Shown piece after piece: positions 29,413 to 44,420 of a stretch of 64,000 nucleotides of DNA. This DNA is from the human T2T-CHM13v2.0 reference genome, Homo sapiens: assembly GCF_009914755.1 (NCBI RefSeq), contig NC_060933.1. One strand, written 5' to 3'. The notes below the pieces were generated by a model that saw only the letters and a list, made by a program, of their open reading frames with translations, ran no database searches and was not told where the DNA came from. The position numbers were made by a program, and so were the translations under genes. Position 1 is the first letter of the stretch, and the number at the start of each line of letters is the position of its first letter.

Positions 29413-31685
29413 AAAACTTCTCAAGCAGGTTGCACTGCTGTGATAGTACAATCAAAGGCATGGTATGTTTTATGCTGAATGATATATAACTAAGTGTGCT
29501 AGGGAAGGTCTATAGCTAATATGGAGCAGATATCTGGTGACCTCTTTCACATTCTCCAGAAAATCAATTTTATTTTATTGTAGTGGAAGTAAGTTGCTGT
29601 GAAATGAACATCAAATTTTATAAGACTGATTATTTCCTCAATAAGAATGATTGCTCTCTCAAGTAAAAAGTGATGCTGGAGAAAACAAACAACAATACCA
29701 TGTTGGCTGACTATCCTCTCTCACTTCCATAATAAAAATTCAGGAAGTCACTTGTGTTCAAAGGAGTAAAAATAATTCACAGAAAGAAAATATTATTTTA
29801 AAAAGTTAGACAACAAAAAATTCCAATGATTCCAAGTTTATAGAATGATGTATGTGTATTTGAAACATGGGGAAAACCAAAAGGAAAAATAATCGTTAAA
29901 AATGGCCAGTTAATATTCACAATCTATTTTATAAGGATGCACAAGAAAAGGTTTTTTAAATTAAGTTTTTTCTGTAACAAATGACCTGTCAGTTATTTTT
30001 ATTTAGAGAGAATAATTTCATTTGTTAAGGTTCCTCTTCAGCCTTTGCTACAATGAAATTCAAACTTAAAGTTCTTAATCACAAACATTTTATAAGACTG
30101 ATTATTTCCTATAATATATCATGATGTATATGATTTTTGATACTCTGTCTTGTCTTTTGATTTGGTATGTTTTATTCTTCACTGTCTTCTGGTATATAGA
30201 TATTTTAGGTTGCAATCCAATTTGGGTTGCTTTCCTTTAGAAAAGCAATTGGACAGGAATAAGAAACAAACAAATAAGTTGTATCTGGGCCTGTTTAGAT
30301 TATAAGCATCTTCCCAGATAATTCTGCTTCTCAAAGCATGTCTTTATGAATTTTATCATTTCAAAGACAATGTACCCGATTATGCAACTCTCTTCTGTCT
30401 GATAGATGTGTTGTATGTAGTAATCTTTTCACAGCCAGACATGCAAATATGTCACTTATTTTAATGAAGACAAATGTTGCTTGCATGTATCATTTATATA
30501 ACAGCACAACAGAGTTTATCTAGTATTTATACAGTAATGCTTATATCAGCATAAGTCAAATCAACATAGTTGTCACTAAAGTTACTATTCTATCACTGCA
30601 ATGATGAAAAGAATATAAAGTAATTCTATAACGTAGATAATCAGTTTTCCCTGATTTCTGCTTAGCACATTAGTAATAGGTTTTTTAAAAATATACAATA
30701 TAGTGATTACTGAGTGTTAAGTGTGTGATTGCCTATTGCCTACATTTGCAAAGAACAAATGGAATACTTAAACTGTCATGTTCCACTGACTCTTGATTTC
30801 AGAACAAAATTAGGGATAACTGTAAACGTATGTCAATGTCTTGGGCTTCAATATCAAGATTCACAAACATATTGCATCTGCTGAATTCAGTCTCATACAG
30901 TTAATTTACATTCATTTCCTGTCAACTTTTTTCTCCTGGTGTGAGCAACTGCATCACCTGATGAGATCACCATCAGTGGCAAGGAATTGGAAGTTGCTAA
31001 AGAGAGGTACAACTCCAAGTGAATGTAAAACTCCAATTCAGGAAAGTAAGACATATACTATTAAAGAGTGAAAAACATGTATAGTTGTTTTATTTTGTTT
31101 CAAAATTCTGAGAGCTTGCTGAGTGACAAATTATTCCCTGAAAGAAGTAATCAACAGAAAGGCAATGAAATAATACAGAAACAATTGCAAGAAAGAATAA
31201 TATAAACCAGAATAAACCAGCCAGTTTTATATGCACAAATATTCTTAAGCAAAGCCAAAAATTAACTTTAACAAGGCCATGACATAAAATGAACTTCCTC
31301 CTCTAATGCTAATTAAATTTTAAAAAATAATATTCTTTTCTCTCCTATGCTACAAGAGTATTTTAAACCCTTTTTTGAGTACTTTCAACCAATGTTATAT
31401 AGTACTCTGAGTAATACTATATAGATACATTTATCTCTTTTCTTAAATGTTGATCTCTTGGGGCATAAAATCGATTTTGATTTGCTTTATGTTAAACTAC
31501 ACATAGCACAGTATCAATGACTGTCACATATAAATGCTCACCAATTTTTTTTTAAGTTATCAATAAATATGACTATATGTTAACAAGACCATTACTAAAT
31601 CATGCTAAATGTGAATGCATCTCTTTAGATACAGTGTAGCAAATGAGCAACAAGAAACATTGTTTCCTAGAAAAGGCATACACTC

Positions 31686-32060
31686 TGATAATGTTTGGCT
31701 CTGTGTCCCCACCCAAATCTCATGTCAAATTGTAATTCCCCATGTTGGAAATGGGGTCTGGTGGGAGGTGATTAAATCATGGGGGCAAACTTCCCCCTTG
31801 CTGTTCTGGTGATAGAGTTCTTATGAGATCTGATTGTTTGAAAGTGTGTAGCACCTTCCCTCTGTCTCTCTTCTGCCAGCCATGTGAAGATGTGCTTGCT
31901 TCTCCTTCACCTTCTACCATGATAGTAAGTTTCTTGAGGCCTCCCCAGAAGCAGAAGCCTGTACAGCCTGAAGAACCATGAACCAATTAAAGTTTTTTTT
32001 CTTTATAAATTACCCAGTCTCAGGTAGTTATTTATAGCAGTATGAGAATGAACTAATATA
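31686..32060 (+). mobile_element. MSTA-like MaLR solo LTR
   Basis: tgataatgtttggctctgtgtccccacccaaatctcatg...ataaattacccagtctcagg...gaactaatata; TSD cactc/cacac. Confidence 0.9.
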
Positions 32061-35000
32061 CACACCTAAAGATACTAGTCCTGTATATGGGAAAGTAAAT
32101 GTAGAAAGAAAATGATAGAAATAGAGAAAAAAATTTGTTGTTTGAAAAATGGATATTAATAGGAATATAGTTCAGATTATATGAATATGGTTTTCTCTTA
32201 AAAGCAAAAACAGTTTATGTCTTTAACATCCAGTCACATGGAAGAAATTAAGTCTGTTTTTGTTTTTCCTGCTTCCAACCACTTAGCCAGAGGGAAGTGA
32301 AAATTTTAGTGAGAAAAGAGATTGAACATAGGAAGAGAGGGAATATATGATCTGGGTCGATTATGTCAATAAAAGAGGCAGTAATGTTCAGGGGTAGAAT
32401 ATAAAAAGGTAAAGCATATAAGAGGTAACAAAATGCATACGTATTTCACATTATATTAGATCACTTATACAATTTTTTTAAATTCTCCATATTCTTCATA
32501 TATTTGTATAAATCTAACATTCAATCTTATTTTAGAAAAATTTTTCTATAAATAAAACTCATATTGGTAGCATATTGTCTTTTCTTTATTTAAAGAAGCA
32601 CGTTTGACATTCATTGATATATATTTAGACATTTCCACTACAGGTTCATATAAAAAATTTTCTATAATCTGAACCATATTCATATCTTTGATCAATATCC
32701 ATTTTTTTCCTACTATCTAGAAAGAAGGAGATTATGGACAAAATGCAAGTCTGAAAATAACAGAATTGTAAATGAAATTCTCCTTGATCATTATTTATCA
32801 TTATTTATACATCAAACAGCAATAATATGAAAGTGCCTCAGCCTTATTCAATTTAGTATAGAGTTAAGTACATAACAAGTGATTTTAGATGTTGTTTCAA
32901 ACTCCTAGAGAATATTCAACTCCATAGAATGTTGTTCTTCTAAAATATTAAAAGGTTAGAGCCACTCATAATATTGGAAGGTACAGTGTGAAGACACATG
33001 TGCTCTAAACATACATAATTAATGCCATACAGAAAGAGATGTACGTTCTCTCCATCTAGTTCAACAGTCTTTCCCGGAGAGTAACCAAGTAATTCTCTCA
33101 TGTTAATTACTTTAAAAGTCATATTACATACACCAGAGACAGTTTCATCTTACTCAGCAGCCAAACATCAGTGACATATTCTTTTCTGAACATTTTTCTA
33201 TATTGAAGATATATTAAATAAATGTGTATGAATATACTTGCTAAATATGCATTGCAATATGAAGAAAAATTATTTAGAATTCCTTTTCTAGAGTCTCTCT
33301 AATAAGGCAACCAGCCATCGGCCTGGCAACATGGCTTAATCTAACCTGAGCAACAAATAAAATTAGATGACTTCATGTATGCTCTTTTAACTCCAGATCG
33401 TTATAATTGCAATAATTTATCAATAAAGCTAAAAGCCTATAAAGTGAAAAATGAAAACCTGGAAGTGACAGTGAAAGACTAACTTGTCAAATGACTGGTG
33501 GTCAAGCAGCAGTCAGTTCTATGAAAAACCTGTGCTGCCCATACTTTTCTTTTTTGCCTTTGTTGGGTTTGTTCCTTTTTTTTCAGCCTAAATAACCTTG
33601 CCTCCACTCATCTAGTCATTTACATATTCTCTCTCTCCATGCCTGGTAAGCTGTTCTGTCTTCTTTTTTATACTCTGGCAGGCAACTCTTCTGTATTATT
33701 ATGGAGAATCAGCCATTATAGAATAATAAATTATTGTTTGCTGCTCACCCTGGAAGATATGTGAGAGTTGCCCATAGGAGAAACAGATAAAGTGGAAATC
33801 AACATCCACTAGCTGGACAAGTAACCCTTATGGAATTTTATTCAAGGCTCATGCTTTAACCATTATTTATTTTCTCCTCACATATAGTCTTCATTGACAT
33901 CATGTGTCTTCATTAGTAATCACTGATGCTTCTCCTTATTACCTCAGTCTTGGCTAGTCTACAAAACGACAGCCTGTATAAGGTGTTCCTTAAATATATT
34001 TCATGCTTAGACCATGCAGTATATTTTAAATCAAATCATCTCAACTATTTTGTGATAATCATAAAAGATATGTCCTACTTCCTGACTTTTGGATTCATGA
34101 CATCACCTCCTGGCCTTCTTGAGATTGTGTGGAATCTAGTGAATGTTGTGCAGAAGTTACGTGTGTGACTTTTAATTGTTGGTGCTAGATCTTTCACATC
34201 TCTCATTTCCTTCTGGCACAATAACCAGCCACATTCTTTATGGTGGCGGTGTTGAAAGTTAGTTAATTAACATTATATTTTGAGGTATTTCCTCTGTACA
34301 GTTTACACTCAGTTTCAACTGATCTAGACAATAATTATCTTTTTCTTTCAGGTACTCCAAACTAAATTATCTGTTCAATAAAATCCTCATTTTGAGGTAG
34401 ACAATCTCAAACATATGTTCCTAACAGGATGAAAATCTCTGTTATCATCATAATAATTCCATTATTATAACATGTGATGTAGTAATTATTAATGATTTTA
34501 TTATCCACATGTCTATTTGTATAAATGTCTGTTCAGTGAAATAGAATTTTATATTCTAGCAAATCATGGTTTAGCTAGTCTTTTAAGGGAAACTAAGGCA
34601 AAAGCAAGGTTTCCAGTAGGTTTATTGAAATACTAACCTTAATGCTCCTTAAATCATACTCAATGAAATTAGTACTGTTGCATGATATGTCAACCATATT
34701 TTATAATACTTTACGTTATACAATATTATATAGGCATCTTTGTTCAAGGATTCAAACCCTTAAAATGTGAATGTGTACTTAAAATCTCCAATGTATAGAT
34801 AGTATAAAGAACGCTTTAAAATACCTTTAATCAAAATAGAGAAAGAATATTGGGTATACATACATGAGTCTAAATAGTTGTAGATTTCTCAGGTCCTTAC
34901 ATCCCATATTTCCTCCAAAATTAAAGTCTCCCTTTTTTGTGATAATCTGATAATACTTGTTGTTTTATAATGCTTATTACATATTCACTACTTAAGAAAC

Positions 35001-35766
35001 AAGATGTGCATAATTTTGCTATTTACCTGCTTTAGTGTTCCTGGACTCAGCATTGAAAGTTTTCATGACCAAGTAATACGTTATAGTGAGTACAATTTCA
35101 TTTTAGATTCTGCAAAATAGAGCAAATGTATCAGAGAGCACATGATTTTTTAATTAAAATGGTACGTATACATGATAGTCACTATCATTTAATTGTACTT
35201 TTGAATACTGACATATCGGCTTCATTGTTTCCATGTTTTCTCATAGAAAAAATTTAGAAGTCACAATTTATGCCACTCTCACTTTCCAAGAGAAAACAGA
35301 CTTTCCTGTGATAAAGCATACAACAAGAAAATAACTCATTAAAACATGAATGCATAAAAGGGCAGAAACCCATTAGCTACAATACAATGTGTGTAATTCT
35401 TGAAACCTGATTTTTATGATCTAAATACATTTGTGTATACAAACAGATAGCATAAATGTACAGGATAAAATAAAACATATAACCAAAAGGAGGGAGAATA
35501 AACACTTTAGACAGCACAGACCAGATAAAAGTATCTTTCTTTTGGCCAAAACGCTATATATACTATGAATTTAAAGTAAGGTTATGGACTTTATGTGTGG
35601 GATTTATAACTGAGTTAGCTATCAATATCAAGCAGTTATCAAACCTATATCAAGAAGCATTTAATTTTAGGATATTTAGACCATTTTCTTATGCAAATAA
35701 AACAAAAATAAAAAACTCATCCAAGAAAATCTACAGATCAATATTAGCTTGAGACAAACATAACTA

Positions 35767-36008
35767 CAGCTGATCCTTGAACAATTAATTGGGTTTGAAC
35801 TGTGCAGGTTCACTTATACATGGATTTTTTTTTCAACCAAACACAGATTGAAAATTTGATATTTGCAGGATGTGAAACCTCATATACAGAGGGCCAATTT
35901 TTCATATATTTGGGTTTGACAGGGTCTGCTGAAGGACTTGAGTATGAGTAGATTTTGGTATCTTCCAGTGTCCTGGAACAATCCCTCCTGTATGACAAGG
36001 GATGGCTG
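35767..36008 (-). mobile_element. MER8 (Tigger-type non-autonomous DNA transposon)
   Basis: cagctgatccttgaacaa...gacaagggatggctg flanked by TA on both sides; ~240 bp. Confidence 0.85.
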
Positions 36009-36086
36009 TATACAGTTACAAGTATAGATCAAACTTTACAATCACTAACCCAAACAGTCCTGGATGTTTTAAAGATAGTCACAAAC

Positions 36087-36458
<372 letters not shown>

Positions 36459-36537
36459 TTAGCAAGCATTAATCAAGTTTATTTTTTCTGTCTTCTATTA
36501 TGAAATCATCTGTTCACAGTCACTTCTTCAAGAAAGG

Positions 36538-36722
36538 CACGGGTTCTCAAATTTGATTGTTCATTTGAAACACCTGCAGGGCTTGTTAAAACACAGATTA
36601 CTGGGTCACTGCAGAGTTTCTGAATCATAGGTCTGGGGTGTGGCTTGAGAATCTACGTTAGTAACATATTCTAAGGAGATAAGGAAGCTGCTGGACCAGT
36701 GACCACACCTTGAGAATCATTA
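36538..36722. mobile_element. MER5A (hAT-Charlie)
   Basis: ggttctcaaa...gggcttgttaaaacacagatt...ggtctggggtgtggcttgagaat...ccacaccttgagaatca. Confidence 0.85.
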
Positions 36723-37186
36723 ACTTAGTGACTTAAAAGCCCTCAGAATCACCATATTTACATATGTGTGTTTTCAACTACTTTCTGTTGGGCCTCACTT
36801 AACTTAAAGATTACTTCAATAGTATTGAAATAGACTTGTGTATTAAAAGTAAATATGTGGGTAAATGTAATTCTTACTGTAAGGGTACATGAAGAATGCT
36901 GGTCACTTAGGAGATACTTTATCAGTGAATCACATAGTTCAAACATTCACTAAATAAATTCTAACTGAAGGCCTAAGGTATACTAGAGACCAGATTTACC
37001 AAGATAAATAAGATATGTATTATCCCTGTCCTGAGAGTTTAGAATCTAGCAGAGGAGACAGAATAAAGAAGTATAAGCATGGTAATCACATTAATACATA
37101 ACTGATAAAATCTTCAAGTTTCTGCTAATGTCTCAAGATATCCTGTAAAATCTCTGATAAACGGTCGCGAATTTCTGGCTTGGCTC

Positions 37187-38053
37187 TGTAAACTAAAAAT
37201 AAAGTTCTAAGCCTTCCCAGCCAACCAAATGGACCCTCCTCTTGGCCAAGGGCTTTCCAAAGTCAATCTGAAACACCAGTTCAGGCCATGGTGCAAATGG
37301 GTGGTCAGACATGCCTTCCTTACACCCCACTTCTCTTTGGAATTCAGGCATGATTGACCAGCACTAACATTTAAAACAGAGAACTTAAGACTGACAAAGC
37401 AGACGCTTTGTTACAATAATATACCGACATGACAGACAGCAGGCCCCGAGAGAAATCAAAGTATTTCACCCCCGAATTTGTTTCTTTGACATATTTTGAA
37501 ATGACCCTGTAAAGCTGTCTTTTGTGGGGAAAATCTACATTCTGTAGAGAATTCTCTTCCTTTCTAGGTCTTTTTCCTGATCCAGGAGAGAATTAACTAA
37601 GAGCCTGGCATCTTTTAACGTCTGATAAGAAACATTTACAATCTATTCTCTCTGAAGCCGGCTACCTGGAGGCTTCCCCTGCAGAATGAAAACCTTGGTC
37701 TCCAAAACCTCTTATCTTAGTCCAAACACTCCCTCCTTCTATTGACTCTAGTCTTTAGATAAACTCTTTCAACCAATTGCCAGTTAGAAAATCTTTTAAT
37801 CACCTGGAAGCCACACCCCCATCCCTACACAATTGCTTCCAGTTGTCTTGCCTTTTAGGGCTGAGCCAATGTACCTTCCATGTATTGATTGACGTTTATG
37901 TCTCTCTATAACATATAAAACCAAGCTGTAGCCCAACCACCTTGGGAACATGTTCTCAGGATCTCCTGAGACTGTGTTATGCACATGCCCTTAGCTTTGG
38001 CAAAATAAACTTCTAAATTAATTGAGACTTGGTTTTATACTTTTTGGTTTACA
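37187..38053 (+). mobile_element. MER4D-like ERV1 solo LTR
   Basis: tgtaaactaaaaataaagttctaagcc...tactttttggtttaca with short inverted termini; flanks ggctc/ggttc. Confidence 0.88.
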
Positions 38054-38675
38054 GGTTCCATTTTAAATAGGTGTATATTCTACACTGTGAATAGCCCTTG
38101 TCTTCCACCTTTCTGTGGTCATATTTTCCTCAATGTCTAAAGGAAATGATTCAAGAACACATCCACCAATACTGGGGAAAGTGCTCTTCTCAATATATGT
38201 AAGGATTTTGGAAGATAAGGTGGGAGTAAACACTAATGTTCAACTAATAATTCCCACATCCGTTGCTGCATTAATCTCCATGTCTTACTTCCCTTTCTAC
38301 CTTTTGTGGTTGTCATGAATTATCTTTGAATCTCAGCCCTGTGGAAAATGTTGTCTAAAACAGAAAGCTGCTGTGTGTATCAGACCCTGAAAATTGGAAG
38401 TTAATGAGTGAGAAGTGGGAAACTATATCACCGAAATAAAATAATAACTAAAAATTAAGTAGTAAACATTATTATTATAAAACACCCTAAGATCTCCAAC
38501 TATGGAGAATTTCACAATTTATATCTACCTTAGCCTTCCAACATGTTAAGAGGCCTGCTTTCCTCTGTTTTATTGCTTCTCACATTTATTGTCTTTCTCC
38601 CAGTTCTAGGTTTCTCCATTTTCCACCCATCCATTCAGAAACAAAACTCAAAAAAAAAAATTGTCATTAGAATAG

Positions 38676-38846
<171 letters not shown>

Positions 38847-38989
38847 TAAGTTTTAAAAGTCTCATAAAAAGTCATGTAAATCCTTTTCAGTGTCCTGGAT
38901 ATAGAAAGAAGCAGTGATTTACATTTTCTTCTTATTTTTGTTTTTATGATAGTTTTTAGTTTACATTAGGTCATAGAGTTGAGTAAAGC

Positions 38990-39150
38990 AAGAGAAAGCT
39001 TGCTCATTAAATTTTCAAATGACAGAAAGTTGGGAAGTTCAGCTCATATAAAAGATGATTGAATCAAGGTGCAAATGTATTCTTCTAGGTTGAAATTATG
39101 AAAGAAAATTGAATAGTCATTAATACGAAGTCCAGCATTTATAGTAAATG
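38990..39150 (+). mobile_element. L3/CR1 RT fragment
   Basis: ctcattaaattttcaaatgacagaaagttggga resembles the CR1 LIKFADDTKLG-encoding segment. Confidence 0.55.
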
Positions 39151-39300
39151 AAAAGTCAAGTAGAAGTTAGGCATATCTGCTGTGACAAACAGTGCTAGCG
39201 GCCTACACAATATCCATTTTGAATTTTTATCTCACTAACAGATCCCTAAGGTATATTCAGCTAGAAAACAGTTTTCCAGTCATCCCTTACAGATACACTG

Positions 39301-39649
39301 TGTATTAGTCCATTTTCATGCTGCTGATAAAGACATATCCGAGACTGGGAAGAAAAAAGGCTTAATCGGACTTACAGTTCCACAAGCCTGGGGAGGCCAC
39401 AGAATCATGGCAGGAGGTGAAGGGCACTTCTTACATGGTGGCGGCAAGAGAAAATGAGGAAGATGCAAAAGCGGAAACCCCTGCATCAGATCTTGTGTGA
39501 CTTATACCCTGCAATGAGAAGTGTATGGGGAAAACCACCCCCCCAGGGTTCAAATTATCTCCCATTGGGTCCCTTCCACAACACATGGGAATTATGGGAG
39601 TACAATTCAAGATGAGACTTGGGTGGGGACACAGAGCCAAACCATATCA
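39301..39649 (-). mobile_element. THE1A-like MaLR solo LTR, inserted in an older MLT1 remnant (~39190-39860)
   Basis: tgtattagtccattttcatgctgctgataaagac...ggggacacagagccaaaccatatca; TSD cactg/cacag. Confidence 0.92.
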
Positions 39650-42029
39650 CACAGATCAATGAAAAATAAATTGAAATCATTTGGACAAAACTTCCAGGAA
39701 AGTCCTTTTAATCCCTCCCATTCCTCCTCCTTTCTCCCTTGCATAAAATTCCATTCTTGGAGTCAAATAGCCATTTGTGACCCATCAATGGAACACCTGA
39801 CTTAGGGATTGTAGAACACAAAGCTAGAAGGAGCCTACGTCTCTAATGACACAGGATTATTTAATTTTAGATTAAAATATATTAAAATGGAAACATCAGT
39901 GTCAATACACTTGAAAACATATATTTCAACGTATGCGGAATAACGTTCCAAATGTCTTTTTGCCCCTGTACCTTTTTTTCATTCCCACAGCTTCATGTTT
40001 ATCTTGCTATCAATTAGAAAAACATGAAACAAAACAACAAACTAGGACATAAACTGCAATAACAACAAAACTAAAACAACAAAATCAAAATTTAAAAACA
40101 ATCATATTAGCAAAAACCCTATTAGCTCATTGTATGGATTCAAGGGAATCAACAAAGAGACTAAGCTAAGGAGAAAATATGCCCCAAACATCTATTTAAA
40201 GTAACAGGATGGGTGCACTGTATCCAGTATGTTCAATTATAGAGGCTTCAGCTTCAATCCGTGAAAATAGGTAAAAATTACTTAACTAATACTTCAATGC
40301 AGACATTCCTTTGTTGCTTACCTTACATTCCCCTCAGGTGTCTGGGAGATATTTGTCTTCCTACAACTCAAAATATATGAGCCACAGAGCATCGCCAGAT
40401 GTACAAGTGCACTGGCTGAACTACTTCTCATTATTAATGAAGTGAAGCTGACACGTCTAATGAGTTTACTTCCATTTAACCTATCATGCAGTCATGCTTG
40501 AGGGTTCAGCCATGAATCCGTATGATGATGATGATGACAACTGGGGACACATTTCTTATCATTTACTACATTTTCTGCCTCAGTAGTTGGCAAACCTACA
40601 TGCCAGTCCCAGGGAACTTCATTATACAATCTCTTCCTACTGATTCCTTTTCCCAAAAAGTGCCATGTATAACATAGCATGAAATCTGCTATGAATTATT
40701 ATGAATAAGTAACATCACTTGATGTTATGTCCTGGTTCAGCAGCACACAAGGACCAGTAGTCAATCTTAAAACAGCCAGACTCATGTATCTTTTGTGCAA
40801 AATGACCACAATCAGAAATCACAGGTGTATGTGTCATAGGCAATGGACTCAAAGCTAGGGGTGCAGGCATGGACATTCTTTTATTCAGTAGTACACTGCA
40901 AAAGATTATATGAGCATACAAGGACAAAGAAGGTTACTTTTACCAGTGTATTACAGTGATATATTTTCTTTATAAAACTGGTATAAACACATTATAGACA
41001 TTTCTAAAAATGAAAACAAAAAGGGAAAAAATCCATAGCTATGGCAGGCCCACACAACCACTGCTAACTTTAAACATTATATCCTTTTAGACTTCTACTA
41101 AACACATATTTTACATTGGTATAATCACGCTATAATGTAATTTGTATTATGCTTTCCTCATTTAATTTAAATGAGTGAATATTTCTATCCTTTATATGAG
41201 ATCAGTAAAAATACTACGACATCACAAATTGTTACACTGTAGTTTATTAACCAGTCCTCTTTTGAACATTTATTTCCTATTATAAAATCAATTACTGCTA
41301 ATCATCACCCTGTAAATATACATATTTCTCTATTTAAGATGATTCTTTTAAAATAGATTCTCAGAAGTGAAATTACTCAAAGGCATAGACGTTGTAAGTC
41401 ACCTCTACACAGGTGGTTACAGAAAAGTCTCCTTAAAGATTTGAACATTTTTTCTTAATGCACCTGATGAAGTCTGGTACCAATAAATAATTTGATTTCA
41501 TAATACAGTTGCATCTTTATAGAGGACTAGTATAATATATATATATAATAAAATTTTTAAGTTCAGAAGCTCAGCTTTGCTATTAATATAACTGGATTTC
41601 CTCTTTTGAACAGGGAAATATCTCTGTTCTCACTTTTCCTTGTATCCTTTGTTCACAAAAAGTCTGTGCCTTATGTCACATTCCCTCAGGATTTCATTTT
41701 TATTAGGAAATAATCAGTCTTATAAATTGGTTAATACAAATGTGGCTAGAAACTATCATTACCCTTTCCTAGTTAATACTTTTCTATTTTACTCAAATGT
41801 ACATATCTACAAAACATTCTCAAAGAAATTGCTACTAAATAATGTTTTGGAATTTTCTTATGTAGTAATGGGTCATGAAGGAGCATATTTTGCAAAAAAG
41901 AATGTAGTAAGTCCTTGTGAAATCACAAATGTCAGAGCCAGTGGCCTTTGTTATGTCCAGATACACACACACACACGCACACAAATCTACATAACCGAAT
42001 CTTAAATTGTTTCTATACACATACTTGTC

Positions 42030-42215
42030 TAGGATCAGAAAAGCCTTAGTTTAAACCCCTGGCCACACACTTAAAATTTGTTAGCAGGTCACTTAATCTC
42101 TTTTTAGCTAACATTTCCAGATCTGCAAAGTGGAGATAAAATACCTACATTATAAGATGGTTATGAAGATTACAAATGGACACTATGAAAATTATAAAAC
42201 TGTACAAAAATATAT
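42030..42215 (+). mobile_element. MIR
   Basis: ggtcacttaatctc...atctgcaaagtggagataaaatacctac...ggttatgaagatta. Confidence 0.7.
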
Positions 42216-42969
42216 GCAATTTTAGGAAGTATTAACTACTCACTGAAAAACATGTAAGCAATGATAGAAAATGGAATTACAATATGATAGCCAAATCACC
42301 TTTATGACACATGCGGGAATGGAAAAAAATTGAGAGGCAGCTTTATCGTATTTCTAAAAATGGTGGCTTATATTGGACATAGTGAGAAAAAAGATGTTAA
42401 ACAAAATGAAAATGTTAATCTTTTATTAAGTAGTTTCAGAGACAAACATTTCTAATCACTGGAAAAATAATAAGGCACTGACTATCCAGAATCTATTCAT
42501 ATTTCACCTGTAAATGTAGGCTCTTCATTTGTGAATCCCTCCATCCTTTTCTCTCATATCACATAGTCCCACATACCTGATTCCACCCCCACCCCAGAGG
42601 CAATAATGAGTTTCGTAGGACCAATCAGAGTCTTGAAGTCTCTTAACCACAATGACCGACTGAGACAGGTAGGTCATCCCGTCACACAGATAAAATTATT
42701 GCAGATTTTGCCAAAACTACTTGATTAGAAAAAGGTATTCTTTTTTCAGCATTTAGAATCGTGATGTGGGGACCTGCTGCAATTATCTTGGTAGCTCGAG
42801 CAGTAAAGTCCATCTGAGACTATGCAGAAAACAGGGAAGGGAGCACAGCTAAGAGAGCGGAGCAAGGAGGAAGAGAGAGAGATAAGCTAACCCTCAGATC
42901 CTAAAATCATCTGTGTCTTAAACCAGCACGTCAGTAACTTCCATTCATTCTTCCACATCCACTCACCAG

Positions 42970-43430
42970 TTATTCCATCTTGTTCAGTGTCTGGACTGGG
43001 AGAGTGCATTTATAAGGATGGTATCAAGGAGCTTCTTTACCTCTGACTTCAAGTTAGTTTCAAATTGTAAACATCGGCAGGAGATTGCAGAGAAGGAAGA
43101 AAATAAAGTGAGACTATTTTATTATCCTGGATTCTTCCCTGAGGTGTTGAATCAGGTTTGCTGCACACCTTAGCTAAAATCTCAGCTCTTGGCAGGTGGT
43201 CTTCTCCATGTAGATCAGTCTCTAGGTTCCTGTCACTGCCCCATGCCCTCCCCCAGGCCCTGGACTTTGTAACAGCTCTTTGTGTACAGGCATTAGACTA
43301 TTGCACTGTATCTTATGGTTTCCCTATACACTTCCTCCACATTTCTGCATATCCTCTTTCATTACTATTTCTCAAGTTACCCAATGTGAGTACTCCATCT
43401 GCTTCTAGCTTTGACTTTCACCAATAAACC
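42970..43430. mobile_element. Old ERVL LTR (LTR33-like)
   Basis: catcggcaggagattgcagagaaggaagaaaataaagtgagactatttt resembles LTR33. Confidence 0.5.
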
Positions 43431-44006
43431 AGTCCCACAATGAACATTGCAATTATCTGAGTAGGTAACACACTATTTTGTCGTGTTCAAACTAGTGCAT
43501 GTTGTGTTTTGTATCACTTGTGACAGAAAGAATTCTAATAGATGAAAGCACCATTGTCTCCGCATGCATTGATAAATTCGGAAGGGTACAGTGACTCTGC
43601 AAAGAGTCAGATTTTTTTTTTTAAATAAAACAAGGGGACATTCAAACTTTTAGATGATAAGTTTCAATGAGTTATTTAAGGAAGCAAAAATATGTTCTTG
43701 CTCAATGGATATCCACTGTAAGTAAAAGGAGCAGTTAACCACAGGAAATAATTAAACTGCATAATAACCTTATTGTAAATCATGGCTAAATTAAAATCAT
43801 ATCTCAGTTATTTATTTTCACAGTAACTCCTGGGGTTAAAACAGTAAATGGGATCAAGAATGAATAAATAAGTGAATGAATGAACAAACAAGCATTTATT
43901 GATATTAAGTATTTAAAGCCTATAAAACCCTTTAAACACTTTTTGTTAATTAAGTGTCACTACTTTGCGACACGGGTTAGAAAAGGATCTTGAGCTGTGC
44001 ATAGCT

Positions 44007-44420
44007 TATGGTAGGCTGAATAATGATTTTCAAACATATGCCCGTCTTAATAACCAGAAGCTGCGAATGTTATATGTCAAAAAGTATTTTGCAAATGTTA
44101 TTGAGAATCTTGAGATGGAGAGATTATTTTGGACTATGCAGGTGGACCCTAAATGTAATATAAATGTCTTTATAAAAGGGAGGTGGAAGGAGATTTAACC
44201 ATTAAAGATGAATACAACGCAAGGATTGAAGTACAAGGTTAAGCTACTTGGCTGGCTTTGAAAAGCGAGAGAGTCAGCAGCCAAGGAATGAAAGAAATGC
44301 GGCACTAGAAACTGAGAAATGAAAGGAAATGGATTTTCTCCCAAAGTATTTTGTGGGATCTCAGCCCTGCTGGCACCCTGCTTTCAGCCCGGGAAAACTG
44401 ATTTTCAGCCCAGGAAAACT
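44007..44420 (+). mobile_element. MLT1C/D LTR, 3'-truncated
   Basis: tatggtaggctgaataatg...gaatcttgagatggagagattatt...cagccctgctggcaccctgctttcagccc. Confidence 0.8.

Noticed and set aside
30915-31055. Exon-like ATASPDEITISGKELEVAKER after a pyrimidine tract
   Set aside because: The tract ends in ctg rather than AG, and stops flank the frame.
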